DNA of 64,000 bases from Planctomycetota bacterium. GTDB taxonomy: Bacteria; Planctomycetota; UBA1135; UBA2386. Both the position numbers and the translations under genes were made by a program. This document shows, one piece after another, positions 46,950 through 56,664 of the stretch. Below the pieces are notes generated by a model. The model worked only from the letters and a program-made list of their open reading frames with translations, ran no database searches and was not told the origin of the DNA. Every line of letters starts with the position of its first letter. Position 1 is the stretch's first letter. Location of the stretch: contig CANMWZ010000001.1 in NCBI GenBank assembly GCA_947501605.1, forward strand, positions 128,001 through 192,000. Reading direction: 5' to 3'.

Positions 46950-48842
46950 TCAGCGGTCCAGCGCGCGTACGGATAGGAGTTCTGACAGCGGCACCCCACC
47001 TCGGACTTCCGTCTGCAGGCGGAGCCGCAAGAACGAACCGGGCGGCGCAAAGATGCGCTGACTGCCGACCACGTCGCGCGGCGGTGCTGCCCGCGAAGGA
47101 TCGAGATCAGGCTGCGTTCGCAGGAGCGGATCTGCCGGAAGCAGCTGCCACTGCACCCGCAACGATGAGCTACCACCCTGCACCCGTAGCTGCGCCGCCG
47201 CGCGGTCGGCGGGCATCGCAGCGAATGGGGTGTAGCCACTCGCAACACAACGGACATCGGCAGGCAGGCCAGGCTCAAGTCGCACGCGCACCCCGACACA
47301 CCCATCGAGTTCGCCCGGTAGGAGCAGCGTCCCGCGCTCGGTTGCGAGCAGCGTCCGAACCGGGACCGAACCCGACACATCCAGCAGGCCAGCAGTGACA
47401 ATCGCAAACGGCAACGCCGTTCCTGTCGGAGCCTCCACGTGCCCCCGCACTTCGACCCCAGAGGCCGCGACCAGGGTTAGAGCCGCACTGTTGCAGATCG
47501 CGCTGAAATCGACCAGCTGCCCAGGCACCAAAGCCAGGACTGCACCGGCCGACGCAATCTCCAACGTGCCATCGAGTCGGACGCGGCCGCGCGCTCGTAA
47601 CTGAACTCGCTGGCCCGGCGCGACAACGCGAACCGTGATTCCCGAAGGCACGTCAATGGCGGCGAAGTCAAACACCGGCCGATCGACCACACGCAGCTCG
47701 CCGTCACCCCGATCGAAGGGGACGCCCACCGCCAGGGTCGTGTCCCGCTGCGGACGGAACGTACCCAGACTGCCATCCCCAGCTTCCACTCGTACGAGTG
47801 GGCGCACGCTGCGATGCCCGGTGATTTCGAAGCCAGGGGCGGCGAGGTCGGCGTCGAGCCACGGCCGCTCTTCCTCCGCGGCGGGCCACTCAGCGACGGC
47901 CACCGCATCTCCTGGCACCACGTAGCACCACTGCATCTGCATGGGCACGGAACGGCCGGCGTAGTCGAGCAAGCCCTGCGTCCCCACTAGCAGCTTGACA
48001 CACAAGAAGTCGTCCGGCTGAAGGGGCACGGCGCGATTCGACCCCGCCACCCGAACCTGATTCCCGAACTCCAACTCGACCGTTGCGCCCCAGAACTCAT
48101 CGACCGCCTGCTGCGACAAGAGACGCACCGCTCGCGGTTCGATCCGTTCGACATGCCCAACGGGAGCGCCGCGGCGCAGGAGAGTGATTTCGAAGGCCGC
48201 AGGCGTGGCGCTCGCAGGCAGGACCGGCAGCGTGAAATGAAGCTGCAGGCGCGGATCGTCGGCCGGCATCGGAACCGAACCGAGTTCGCTCGGCCGCAGC
48301 ATGAAGGGCCGGGAATCGGCGTGTACTGGCCGCAGCGGCGCCGGTAGCCCGCGCAGCGAGCTGCCGAGTCCGGCTGTGCGGAAGGTGCGACGGACACCTT
48401 CCTGCAGCAGGTGTCCAGAGATCGAGCGAATGCCATCGGCCCGTGGATACCCCTGCACGGCAAGCCGGTAGACCGCAGAAGGCTGCATCGACCCGTCGAG
48501 TAGATCTGGACTCAGAGGCGCTTCGGGCTCGAAGGTCACCCAAGAACCATCGACGTGCAACTTGCCACGGACCGGGTGCCCCTCCGCATCGACAACAGCG
48601 AAGCTGTCACGCGTGACCGTCAGTGCATCAACCGGCTCGCTGAAGTAGACGGTGATCGCATCGTTGAGCATCAGCGGCTGCGAATCGACCGCCAACAAAG
48701 GGAACACGCTCGTCGCTTCGAAGGCAGGAGGCAGGACGCGGGTCCCTCGGCCGCAAGCGCAAAACCCGAACGCCACAATCGCCAAGAACCAGCCCCGGCG
48801 GGGATCCGGGTGGGCGCTCGCGGGCTCAAGACACAACGACAT
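46950..48842 (-). CDS. putative lipoprotein with SbsA-like Ig domain (B', shorter paralog of 53156..56563)
   Basis: FCAC-G lipobox-like; LNDAITVYFSEPVD..TV...F; FDFAAIDVPSG; start at ATG 48842. Confidence 0.75.
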   Translation of the reverse strand: MSLCLEPASAHPDPRRGWFLAIVAFGFCACGRGTRVLPPAFEATSVFPLLAVDSQPLMLNDAITVYFSEPVDALTVTRDSFAVVDAEGHPVRGKLHVDGSWVTFEPEAPLSPDLLDGSMQPSAVYRLAVQGYPRADGIRSISGHLLQEGVRRTFRTAGLGSSLRGLPAPLRPVHADSRPFMLRPSELGSVPMPADDPRLQLHFTLPVLPASATPAAFEITLLRRGAPVGHVERIEPRAVRLLSQQAVDEFWGATVELEFGNQVRVAGSNRAVPLQPDDFLCVKLLVGTQGLLDYAGRSVPMQMQWCYVVPGDAVAVAEWPAAEEERPWLDADLAAPGFEITGHRSVRPLVRVEAGDGSLGTFRPQRDTTLAVGVPFDRGDGELRVVDRPVFDFAAIDVPSGITVRVVAPGQRVQLRARGRVRLDGTLEIASAGAVLALVPGQLVDFSAICNSAALTLVAASGVEVRGHVEAPTGTALPFAIVTAGLLDVSGSVPVRTLLATERGTLLLPGELDGCVGVRVRLEPGLPADVRCVASGYTPFAAMPADRAAAQLRVQGGSSSLRVQWQLLPADPLLRTQPDLDPSRAAPPRDVVGSQRIFAPPGSFLRLRLQTEVRGGVPLSELLSVRALDR

Positions 48843-49206
48843 GCGGTGAAGATGGTAGCGGACCTGGAGGGGCGAACCTACGCAACGCACTCCTGGAACC
48901 TCCCAGAACGGTCGGGTCGCTACAAATGGCCTCCCCATTGGACCGCTCGCGCGGCAGAGCCAAGACGGCCGACAGCACGGAACGCATTCCTAGAGCATTC
49001 TGGAGAGCCCGCGGCGAGTCCGCGACGCATTCCCCCAAGGTCAGGCCAGACCTGCGCCGCTGGCGCCTTGGGCAATCGCTACTACGGAGGGTCCATGGAG
49101 ACACGAGCCTCCAGAGTCACACCTCCTCCAAATGGTGCGAGGCAGCCTCAACTGCCTCGCATCACTCACGTGCTCTGCGCCCCACCCCTTCAGTCAGGAC
49201 GGCACT

Positions 49207-52200
49207 TCAGTCAGGACGACGCATGCGATAGACGACGCTCATGCTTCGCAGCGACGGCGAAACCGCAGGGGTCACGTCCAAGTTGTTGCTCATGACCAAC
49301 CGGAAGTTGATGTACCGCGGCAGCAGGCCAGTCAGCGGGTTGCGGATCGTAGAGAGCCGATCCTCCGTGACGTAGGGCGTGAGACCCGTGGCCAGTACGC
49401 GCGGGGTCGTGAAGGCAGCACCCGAGTTGGCCGTCGAGTAGCGGTACGCCTCACAGGCGTAGTTCGGGTTGAGCAGGTTGCCTCGTCCAGCGACCGTGTT
49501 GTCAACGCCCGGATTGTAGAGCGTGCCCGAGTTTGCGAAGTCATCCGCACCACGAATCTCGAGCACAGTCGACGTCCCAGCGGGCTGCTGAGCAAGCGGC
49601 GGGTCGAGCAGCGAGGCGAAGTCCACAATTCGCAAGTTGCCGAGTTGGTTGCTGCCGCCGAACGTAGCGTCTGGGTAGCCGTTCGGCACCACAGCGCCGA
49701 CGCGCTGGTTGGGCCGCATGGTGTCGTAGAAGCCGAACGTCACGGTCGAGACACGACGCACGAAGTCGGCAGCAGCCCAGTGCAGCATGCCGTCGCCAGC
49801 GGGGGCGCGGATGATGCCATTGGGACCGTTGCCATTCAGACCGTTCTGAACCAGGATGATCGCGCCCGAGTCCTTGATCCAACCACCCGTAGCGTTCGTA
49901 TCCGTAGCTGGATCGACGAGGATGTCGGCTCCGGTCGTCGGATCGAGACCGCCAGTTGTGTGCACGCGCAGCGAAGGCCACGGGGCTGGCTGCGGGCAGC
50001 CGGAGCCGGTCGCATTGTAGTAGCCGCCCGGAGCATTGGCCCCCAAAGGTGGGTTCGGGAAGCTGCTTGGCGGCCCCATCATTGCGACTTGGAAGCCGTT
50101 GATGCCAGCCGCGATGGTGTTGGCCGCGCCATCTGGGAACATCTTGAAGTCGACCAACATGGGCATGGCGATCGGGTCCAGATCGCGTTTGCGATCGCCG
50201 CGGAAGTCGCCTTCGTCGAGAGCAAAGATACCGCTCGTAGGAACGGGGTTTGGGAACACGCTCGGGACCCACGGCGAGTCGACGTCCGAGGTCCAGTCGT
50301 TGGATACACCAACCAGTGGCTGGGGATCGCGGGCGCCGCCAAGACCAATCACGTTGCCGTCTTGAATGGTCACGAGGCGCGGGTCGCGCCAAGTGTAGGA
50401 ACGGTCAAAACGAGGGTAGGCGATGTACTTGATCTGGCCAGGCGAGCGGAACTGGTCGTTGGGGTCGATGCGATAGACCTTGTCCTCGAACACCGAACGC
50501 ATGGAGGAGCCACGCAGGATGTTGTCCGCATAGTTGGTCGTGAGACCACTGAGGACCGAGGGGCAGTTGAGGAAACACTGCGGCGCGGGCGGAACGCCGA
50601 CCTGACGCAGCGACCACTTGAGATCGGGGCGCTTGTCGGCATGACCGAGCGACATCGAGTATCGATCGAACACGTCGAAACGCACATCGAAGTCAGCAAA
50701 TGGCGACCAGTAGAGTTGCTCGACGTCGAGCACCATGTCGCTAGCCTGACGGTTGCTCAGCCCGAAATCGTCTTCGAGGTACCGCATCTGCATGCGCGAC
50801 CCACGAGGCTGGTGTGGCTCAATGACCTGCCCGACCGGCTGGGCAAAGGCTCCACCCTCAAACGGATTCGGCACGTTTGGTGGTTGCACGGTGTCCAGCA
50901 TGCGCGGCGACCAGTAGAGCACGCCGCCGTTGTTCGGGGCGAAGTTCGTAACGGTTGCTGGGCACTCACCGCGATTCGAACGGTTGATGCCGGCGAGGTT
51001 GCCAGAATCGGCCGTGCGGTTGAACCTCACGGCCTCGGCAGCGACTAGGCGGCCGTTCAGCAAACGATACTGACCGAACAGGTCGATGGAGCCGGAGGCC
51101 GTGCCATCCTCGTCGGCACTCTCGAACGGGTAGACGCGCCAGAGGACTAGGTTGTCCTGGCGGTCCGGATCGACGGTCATCTGGGCCGACCAGTTATTGA
51201 CAACGTTGCTCGGATCGTCATTGAAGATCTGGACTGAGTTGCCAGACAGATCCGTCAGTCCCTCGCTGCCGAGCAGCAGGTGGAACCAGTAGATGTCATT
51301 GGTCGAGGCGTTTCGGTGAAACAACCCCATCGGCGGCTTCAACTGAAGCACCGTTCCGTCGCCAGCCTGATCCGACCAACGAACTGGAACAATGCTCGAC
51401 GCAACCACTTTTGGGTCCGTCAGCTGTTGGAAAAACGAGGCACCCGGCATGGTCGCCGAGGTCAGCACAAAGTTGCGGGTCGCGTCGATGCGATCGAAGT
51501 CCATCGGCTCCGAGAACTCGAGCGCCACGGACGCATTGGGATCGACGCGCTGCCCCGGCGGCACCGGAATGCCATTGATGGTGGTCGGTGGGGCCGGGTC
51601 AATCTTCAAGAACTGGTAGCGCTGTGCCGCGTCGCTCACAACATCGGCACCGGCGCTGAATCGAAGGTTCTCGTAATAGACGCGGCGAACTGCGCAGTCG
51701 GAGCCGAGCGGATCGAGCGCGTTCGCTTGGAAGGAAACCGGGCGACCAAGGGAGTCGGTGCCGCGGATGGCATCGACACGCACGCGCATGGTCGGGGCCT
51801 GTGCACCCTGCGAGCCATCGACCGCGAGGCCAAGGCCAGGAAACGCTGGGTCGCCCCTCACTGTACCGACATCGAGGTTCTGAATGATCTCGGCCCGGAT
51901 ACGGACTGTCTCCGTGGTGAGATCTGGCAACTGAACCGTCACGGTTTGCAGCAGCACGTCGCCCGCTCGCAGCGGCCGAGTCGTGGGCACACTGGACGGA
52001 CCCAAGACGAAACCTGTGTTACGGTCGATCGATCCACCGACAAACGGATAGCGCGCACGGATGGGCACTAGATTGCCGCGCTTGTTCAGGGTGATGGTGC
52101 CGTCAACCGCGATATCGGTGATTCCCATCGCAACCGTGCCGAGCAGTGCCGGCGGCTCAACGTCGCGCAGTACCCCCGCCGCGCCATCCAGCTGGTTACC

Positions 52201-53082
52201 GGAGCGGAAGTCACGGATGACCGAATCGCGACCGAAGCTATCGACATCATTCAGTTCCTCGACCGCGTCCTGCCGGACATAGAAAGCTGAAGACACGCTG
52301 CCGCGACTTGGCAGCGCAATGCGAATGTTGGCCGTACGGCTGTCGAGGCTCGTCGGCAAGCCGGACGCCAAGAAGCCGCCCCGCGCTTCGCCACCCAGGA
52401 TCGTCGGGTCAAGGATGATCGTGTTGCCGCGCGTGATGAGCCGGTACGGAACCGAACGGAAGGCCTCAGCAGGAGATACCAACTGTGGGTCACCGGCAAA
52501 CTCGAGCAGTTGTACCGACGACGGGTTGACGTCGAAGAAGCTCGATGCGAGGCCGAGGCTGGAGGAGAAGCGCAGGACGAATGCAGCATCGCGCGGCACC
52601 ACCGGGATCGGCTGCTGTGCCGTGTTCTGGTTGCGGAAGGATGGCGGTAGGACCGACAGCCCTGCCTGTGCGGCGATCAACGCCGTATCAAAACGCTCCG
52701 CCTCGGCCCCACGGTTGTCCCAGAGGATGAGGAGCTCCTCGTGCCCTGTCGTGACGTCGAAGCTCAAGAACTGATAGTTCGCCGACACCACGACCTCGCC
52801 CGCTGGATCGTAGAGCGACTGGCTCTCGATGTTGGAGCGTACGACCACATTGGTCTGCACCAAAACGCGTCGCCGATTCAACTGGTCGCGACGGTCGCCC
52901 CGGGCATCGTCGATGCGCTGGTATGCGTAGACGTCGACCAAGCGGCCGTAGGTGACGTCCAGCAACTCCGGTCGGCTGGAGTCGATGGCATTGCCACCAA
53001 CTGTGTTGCTCGAGCCGTCGCAGGCGACGGGCAGCAGCAGGAACAGCGGTGCAGCCAGGAGGAATGCGTGCTTCATGTTCAT
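49207..53082 (-). CDS. large lipoprotein with Ig-like domains (A', 1291 aa)
   Basis: LPVAC lipobox; VALEFSEPMD, LTDLSGN Ig-like motifs; extensive similarity to 56665..60585. Confidence 0.85.
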   Translation of the reverse strand: MNMKHAFLLAAPLFLLLPVACDGSSNTVGGNAIDSSRPELLDVTYGRLVDVYAYQRIDDARGDRRDQLNRRRVLVQTNVVVRSNIESQSLYDPAGEVVVSANYQFLSFDVTTGHEELLILWDNRGAEAERFDTALIAAQAGLSVLPPSFRNQNTAQQPIPVVPRDAAFVLRFSSSLGLASSFFDVNPSSVQLLEFAGDPQLVSPAEAFRSVPYRLITRGNTIILDPTILGGEARGGFLASGLPTSLDSRTANIRIALPSRGSVSSAFYVRQDAVEELNDVDSFGRDSVIRDFRSGNQLDGAAGVLRDVEPPALLGTVAMGITDIAVDGTITLNKRGNLVPIRARYPFVGGSIDRNTGFVLGPSSVPTTRPLRAGDVLLQTVTVQLPDLTTETVRIRAEIIQNLDVGTVRGDPAFPGLGLAVDGSQGAQAPTMRVRVDAIRGTDSLGRPVSFQANALDPLGSDCAVRRVYYENLRFSAGADVVSDAAQRYQFLKIDPAPPTTINGIPVPPGQRVDPNASVALEFSEPMDFDRIDATRNFVLTSATMPGASFFQQLTDPKVVASSIVPVRWSDQAGDGTVLQLKPPMGLFHRNASTNDIYWFHLLLGSEGLTDLSGNSVQIFNDDPSNVVNNWSAQMTVDPDRQDNLVLWRVYPFESADEDGTASGSIDLFGQYRLLNGRLVAAEAVRFNRTADSGNLAGINRSNRGECPATVTNFAPNNGGVLYWSPRMLDTVQPPNVPNPFEGGAFAQPVGQVIEPHQPRGSRMQMRYLEDDFGLSNRQASDMVLDVEQLYWSPFADFDVRFDVFDRYSMSLGHADKRPDLKWSLRQVGVPPAPQCFLNCPSVLSGLTTNYADNILRGSSMRSVFEDKVYRIDPNDQFRSPGQIKYIAYPRFDRSYTWRDPRLVTIQDGNVIGLGGARDPQPLVGVSNDWTSDVDSPWVPSVFPNPVPTSGIFALDEGDFRGDRKRDLDPIAMPMLVDFKMFPDGAANTIAAGINGFQVAMMGPPSSFPNPPLGANAPGGYYNATGSGCPQPAPWPSLRVHTTGGLDPTTGADILVDPATDTNATGGWIKDSGAIILVQNGLNGNGPNGIIRAPAGDGMLHWAAADFVRRVSTVTFGFYDTMRPNQRVGAVVPNGYPDATFGGSNQLGNLRIVDFASLLDPPLAQQPAGTSTVLEIRGADDFANSGTLYNPGVDNTVAGRGNLLNPNYACEAYRYSTANSGAAFTTPRVLATGLTPYVTEDRLSTIRNPLTGLLPRYINFRLVMSNNLDVTPAVSPSLRSMSVVYRMRRPD

Positions 53083-53155
53083 GACCGTGTCGAGTTTCGG
53101 GGCTCGCCGCTATCAGTGGTTTTCTGTGGCGGCGAGCGGAGTCCAGTGCACAACC

Positions 53156-56100
53156 TCAGAAGCGGAACGGCAGGCGGAGGAACTGCAGTTCCGGACGCGG
53201 GGAATTCGGGCCGAATGGCCGCGGGTTTACATCCGTTAGCTCCGCCTTGTAGGCGGAGTTGAACTGGACGTCGTACTGCACAAAGGCCGCACCGAGTTGG
53301 CGGATCTGTTGCTGGACCTGAGTGTCGGTGAGGTTGTAGGCGAAGGCATCACCTGCCGGGAACCGCACCGCCCCCACAACCGTGGGGTCCGGATTTTGGT
53401 GGAAGGCGAATCCGATTCGGACGCTCGAGAGCGGAACGATTGCACCACCGGTGCCGACATAGGTGCCGCCGAGTCCCTCTGCACCGTCGGTGCGAACCTT
53501 GAAGAACTTGGAGCGGACCTGAAGCGAGGTCGCGGTTCCGTCCAGCAACCCGTCGACGCTGCAGAGCAGCACTCGATCGGTGTGCGTGAGGATGCGGAAG
53601 CTGCTTCGAACCGAACCAGCGTTGTTGCGCAGTTCGGCCTCGTAGCCGACGTAGCGATCCAGCTCATTGCCAAGCTGGGAGGTGGTCAATTCGATGCGAT
53701 AAGCGGGTTGCCCACGGAACGTGGCCCCAGCAGTGGCCGAGAGGATTGGCACCCCGGAAGAACCAAACAGCGCCGGGTATGACACCACCGCGGACGCACC
53801 CTGCACACTGTACCGTGCATAGCCGTTCTGGAGCGGCTTGCTGACATCATCAGTGATTGCCGCAAACTCGTAGCGCGGCCCGGTCAGGTCTCCTAGCGGG
53901 TCGGTGACACCGCGCGGGAGTCCGTCTGGAGCAATCACCGAACGGCGCCTCGCGGCACCCATATCGAGCCACTTCGAACGCACGCGGGTTACCGAGTTGA
54001 AGGGCACGGGCAGAAGGAGTGGCGCAGGGCGGATGTCGCCTTCGTTCGACAGGATGTTAGTCGCGTTACCAGCGTCATCGACGGGTGTGCCGAGGGCATT
54101 GGGGAAGCCGCGCCACGCCAGCAACTGCTGCTTTTGAGTCCCGGACGTGATCACGCCAGCGCGTCGCACGACGATGTTGTCGTCCAAGACGGTGTTGGTG
54201 CCATCGCTGTTCGGGGCCGACGGATCACCGGGAGGGGCCATCAACTGAACGACGCCCATGCCACCAAAGCCGCCGAGCGGTCGAATGTCGTACTGGGACC
54301 CTTGGAGCACTGTCCCCTGGCCCGAGAGCGGATACTTCGACTGGACGTCCGGGGAAAGGAACTGACCAGTGCGGCAGATGCCGCCATCCGCCGAGATCGC
54401 GAAAGTGTATTCGTTCTCGGGCGCGGCATAACGGAAGTTGGCACCGGAGCCGCGCGCATTGAATTCAATGCGCGTGGCCGACATCAGGATGACCATGCCA
54501 CCCGATCCGGCACCACCACCTGCGCCCTGATTGCACGAACCGGCCTGTTCACCACCACCACCGTGACCGCCATCGGCCTCGATGCGCCCGCGTGGGCCAA
54601 TGATGATCGGACCAAGTGCCTTGACGATCAGGATGCCACCGCCACCACCGCCACCGCCGCCCTTGTTGTCGTTGACGAAGCTCGTGGCGTTGATCGCACA
54701 GTCCGGCGCCGGAGCTAGGTCACCGCCACCGCCGCCGCCCGCGCCACCAACAGGAGCGGCTAGTTCGCCACGGATTCGAATCTGACGCTGACGGTTGATA
54801 CCGACACCCCAGAAGTCGTTGTCGGTGCGCGCGTCGGTGAAGACGCGCGGGCCCGCCGCACCGCCAGCCAGCGAGCGGGATCCTGCACCAGCTGCACCAG
54901 TGCAACCGGCGCCACCAAGACCTTCCTGTTGCTGGAAGAGGGAGCCCTGGCCCCGCAGTTCCTTGTACCAAGGATCGCCCTGGGTAGCGAGTGAGCCGCC
55001 GCCACCACCAGAGCCGATGTTGCACGCCGAGTTGCAAGACATCAGGCCAGCACCACCGCCACCCAGCGGACGCTGGCCGGCCCCAAACCCAGCTTCGCCC
55101 GTAGGCGAGCGCTGCGTCGAACTCGGGCTGCCGCGACCACCGTTACCGCCACCGCAAACACCGACACCACCGGCCGTGGGGAAGTTGGCAGAGTTCAAGG
55201 TGTTGACGCGATCGCCATCACCGCCGCGGACAGACAGCAGGCCGTTGACTTCGAAGGAATCACGCACCAGCCAGACCATCGGCCGGGTGCCTACACCTCT
55301 GACGATTACGTTCTCTGGAATGCGAACGCTTCGGAAGTTGAACTGACCGCCCGAGACATTGAATGGCGGGCCGTTGCTCGGCGACACCTGCGTGAAGTTG
55401 GTGTCCAAGATCACGCTCGCAGTCGCCGGCTCGAACTGGAGCTCCGTCGAGCCACCTTCGAAGTTGAACCCGGCGCGAACGAACCCCGACCCGACCTCGG
55501 CCTGCGGCTCGAGGAAGGCCGCATCGAAGTCAATCTGGCTTGAGGTCGCAAAGGCCTCGACCAGGACGTCAAACTGGGGGTCGTAGGACACCTGAGTGCG
55601 GAACGTGGCGAAGATGCGCTGGAAGGCAGCGTTGGCAACGTTGGACTCACCCGAGATGTCTTCCACCGTGCTCTCGACGATGACGCGGATCGTGGCGTTG
55701 TTCGGCAACACACCGACGGGCCGCAGCACGAGGGTCGACCCACTAAGACCGTTGACCTCGAGGTCCACGTCAGCCGGGACCCATGTGCTCACCGGGTTTC
55801 CGGAGCCGAAGTCGTCATACTCAAGGAACACGCGACCGCGATTGACACTCGCGCGGATGCGCGGGTCGGTATCGAGCGAGGTCGGAACATTGCCACTGTT
55901 GGGGTTGAGCGCCTGGTCGAAGCTCACCCGAATCTCGACTGGCGGGGCGCCGAACTTGTTGAGGGACACCAACCCGCCCTCCGGCGCTGGTGTTACCTGG
56001 AAGCCCGTCCTCCGCGGACCGCCAGCCTGAACGTTTCGGAACAACTGCGTCGGCGTAGTACCGTCGGCCGTCGAGAAGCGGAACGTCTGAGGATTGCTGA

Positions 56101-56563
56101 GGCCTTTGCCCGTGGTCGACAACAGCACAGAATCGTTGCGGCGGTCGCCACCGATCAGACGCACGAGGTAGGTACGACCAGGGCGGAAGCCGCCGTCGTC
56201 ATAGTTGTCGTTGGTCGGCAAGGTCGGCACGAACAGGAGTCGGCGTCCGATGTCATTGTCACCCGGACGCTTGCTCAGTTCGAAGCGGCCAGTCGGCTGC
56301 TCCGCAACTGGGTTGCCGTTCAAGTCCAACACCGAGAAACTGACGGTGTTCAGACTCGCACTGCGGAGGTCCACCGGTGTCGAAAAATCGAACCGGATCG
56401 GATCGTTGAGGAAGAGTCGACCTCCATTGAGCGGTTCCGTCGACAGCACATCAAACGTGCCGGAGAAAACGCTGCCGGTGTCGCTCGAGCCACCAGAGCA
56501 AGCCGCTGCTACCGCAGCAAAAGCGAGGAGGAACGAAGTCCGCACGTTGGCAAATGGGTTCAT
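53156..56563 (-). CDS. large lipoprotein with Ig-like domains and glycine-rich region (B, 1135 aa)
   Basis: AAAC lipobox; IRFDFSTPVD, IRVSFDQALNP, VEDISG; GGGGG-rich middle. Confidence 0.85.
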   Translation of the reverse strand: MNPFANVRTSFLLAFAAVAAACSGGSSDTGSVFSGTFDVLSTEPLNGGRLFLNDPIRFDFSTPVDLRSASLNTVSFSVLDLNGNPVAEQPTGRFELSKRPGDNDIGRRLLFVPTLPTNDNYDDGGFRPGRTYLVRLIGGDRRNDSVLLSTTGKGLSNPQTFRFSTADGTTPTQLFRNVQAGGPRRTGFQVTPAPEGGLVSLNKFGAPPVEIRVSFDQALNPNSGNVPTSLDTDPRIRASVNRGRVFLEYDDFGSGNPVSTWVPADVDLEVNGLSGSTLVLRPVGVLPNNATIRVIVESTVEDISGESNVANAAFQRIFATFRTQVSYDPQFDVLVEAFATSSQIDFDAAFLEPQAEVGSGFVRAGFNFEGGSTELQFEPATASVILDTNFTQVSPSNGPPFNVSGGQFNFRSVRIPENVIVRGVGTRPMVWLVRDSFEVNGLLSVRGGDGDRVNTLNSANFPTAGGVGVCGGGNGGRGSPSSTQRSPTGEAGFGAGQRPLGGGGAGLMSCNSACNIGSGGGGGSLATQGDPWYKELRGQGSLFQQQEGLGGAGCTGAAGAGSRSLAGGAAGPRVFTDARTDNDFWGVGINRQRQIRIRGELAAPVGGAGGGGGGDLAPAPDCAINATSFVNDNKGGGGGGGGGILIVKALGPIIIGPRGRIEADGGHGGGGEQAGSCNQGAGGGAGSGGMVILMSATRIEFNARGSGANFRYAAPENEYTFAISADGGICRTGQFLSPDVQSKYPLSGQGTVLQGSQYDIRPLGGFGGMGVVQLMAPPGDPSAPNSDGTNTVLDDNIVVRRAGVITSGTQKQQLLAWRGFPNALGTPVDDAGNATNILSNEGDIRPAPLLLPVPFNSVTRVRSKWLDMGAARRRSVIAPDGLPRGVTDPLGDLTGPRYEFAAITDDVSKPLQNGYARYSVQGASAVVSYPALFGSSGVPILSATAGATFRGQPAYRIELTTSQLGNELDRYVGYEAELRNNAGSVRSSFRILTHTDRVLLCSVDGLLDGTATSLQVRSKFFKVRTDGAEGLGGTYVGTGGAIVPLSSVRIGFAFHQNPDPTVVGAVRFPAGDAFAYNLTDTQVQQQIRQLGAAFVQYDVQFNSAYKAELTDVNPRPFGPNSPRPELQFLRLPFRF

Positions 56564-56664
56564 GGCACAGGTTCTGGCCGGCGAGAGGGCACCGGCACGC
56601 TTTCAAGACAATGCAGAAGACTACTTTGAGTCGCGGGAGGAACTCGGGGTCTGATCAGCGAGCT

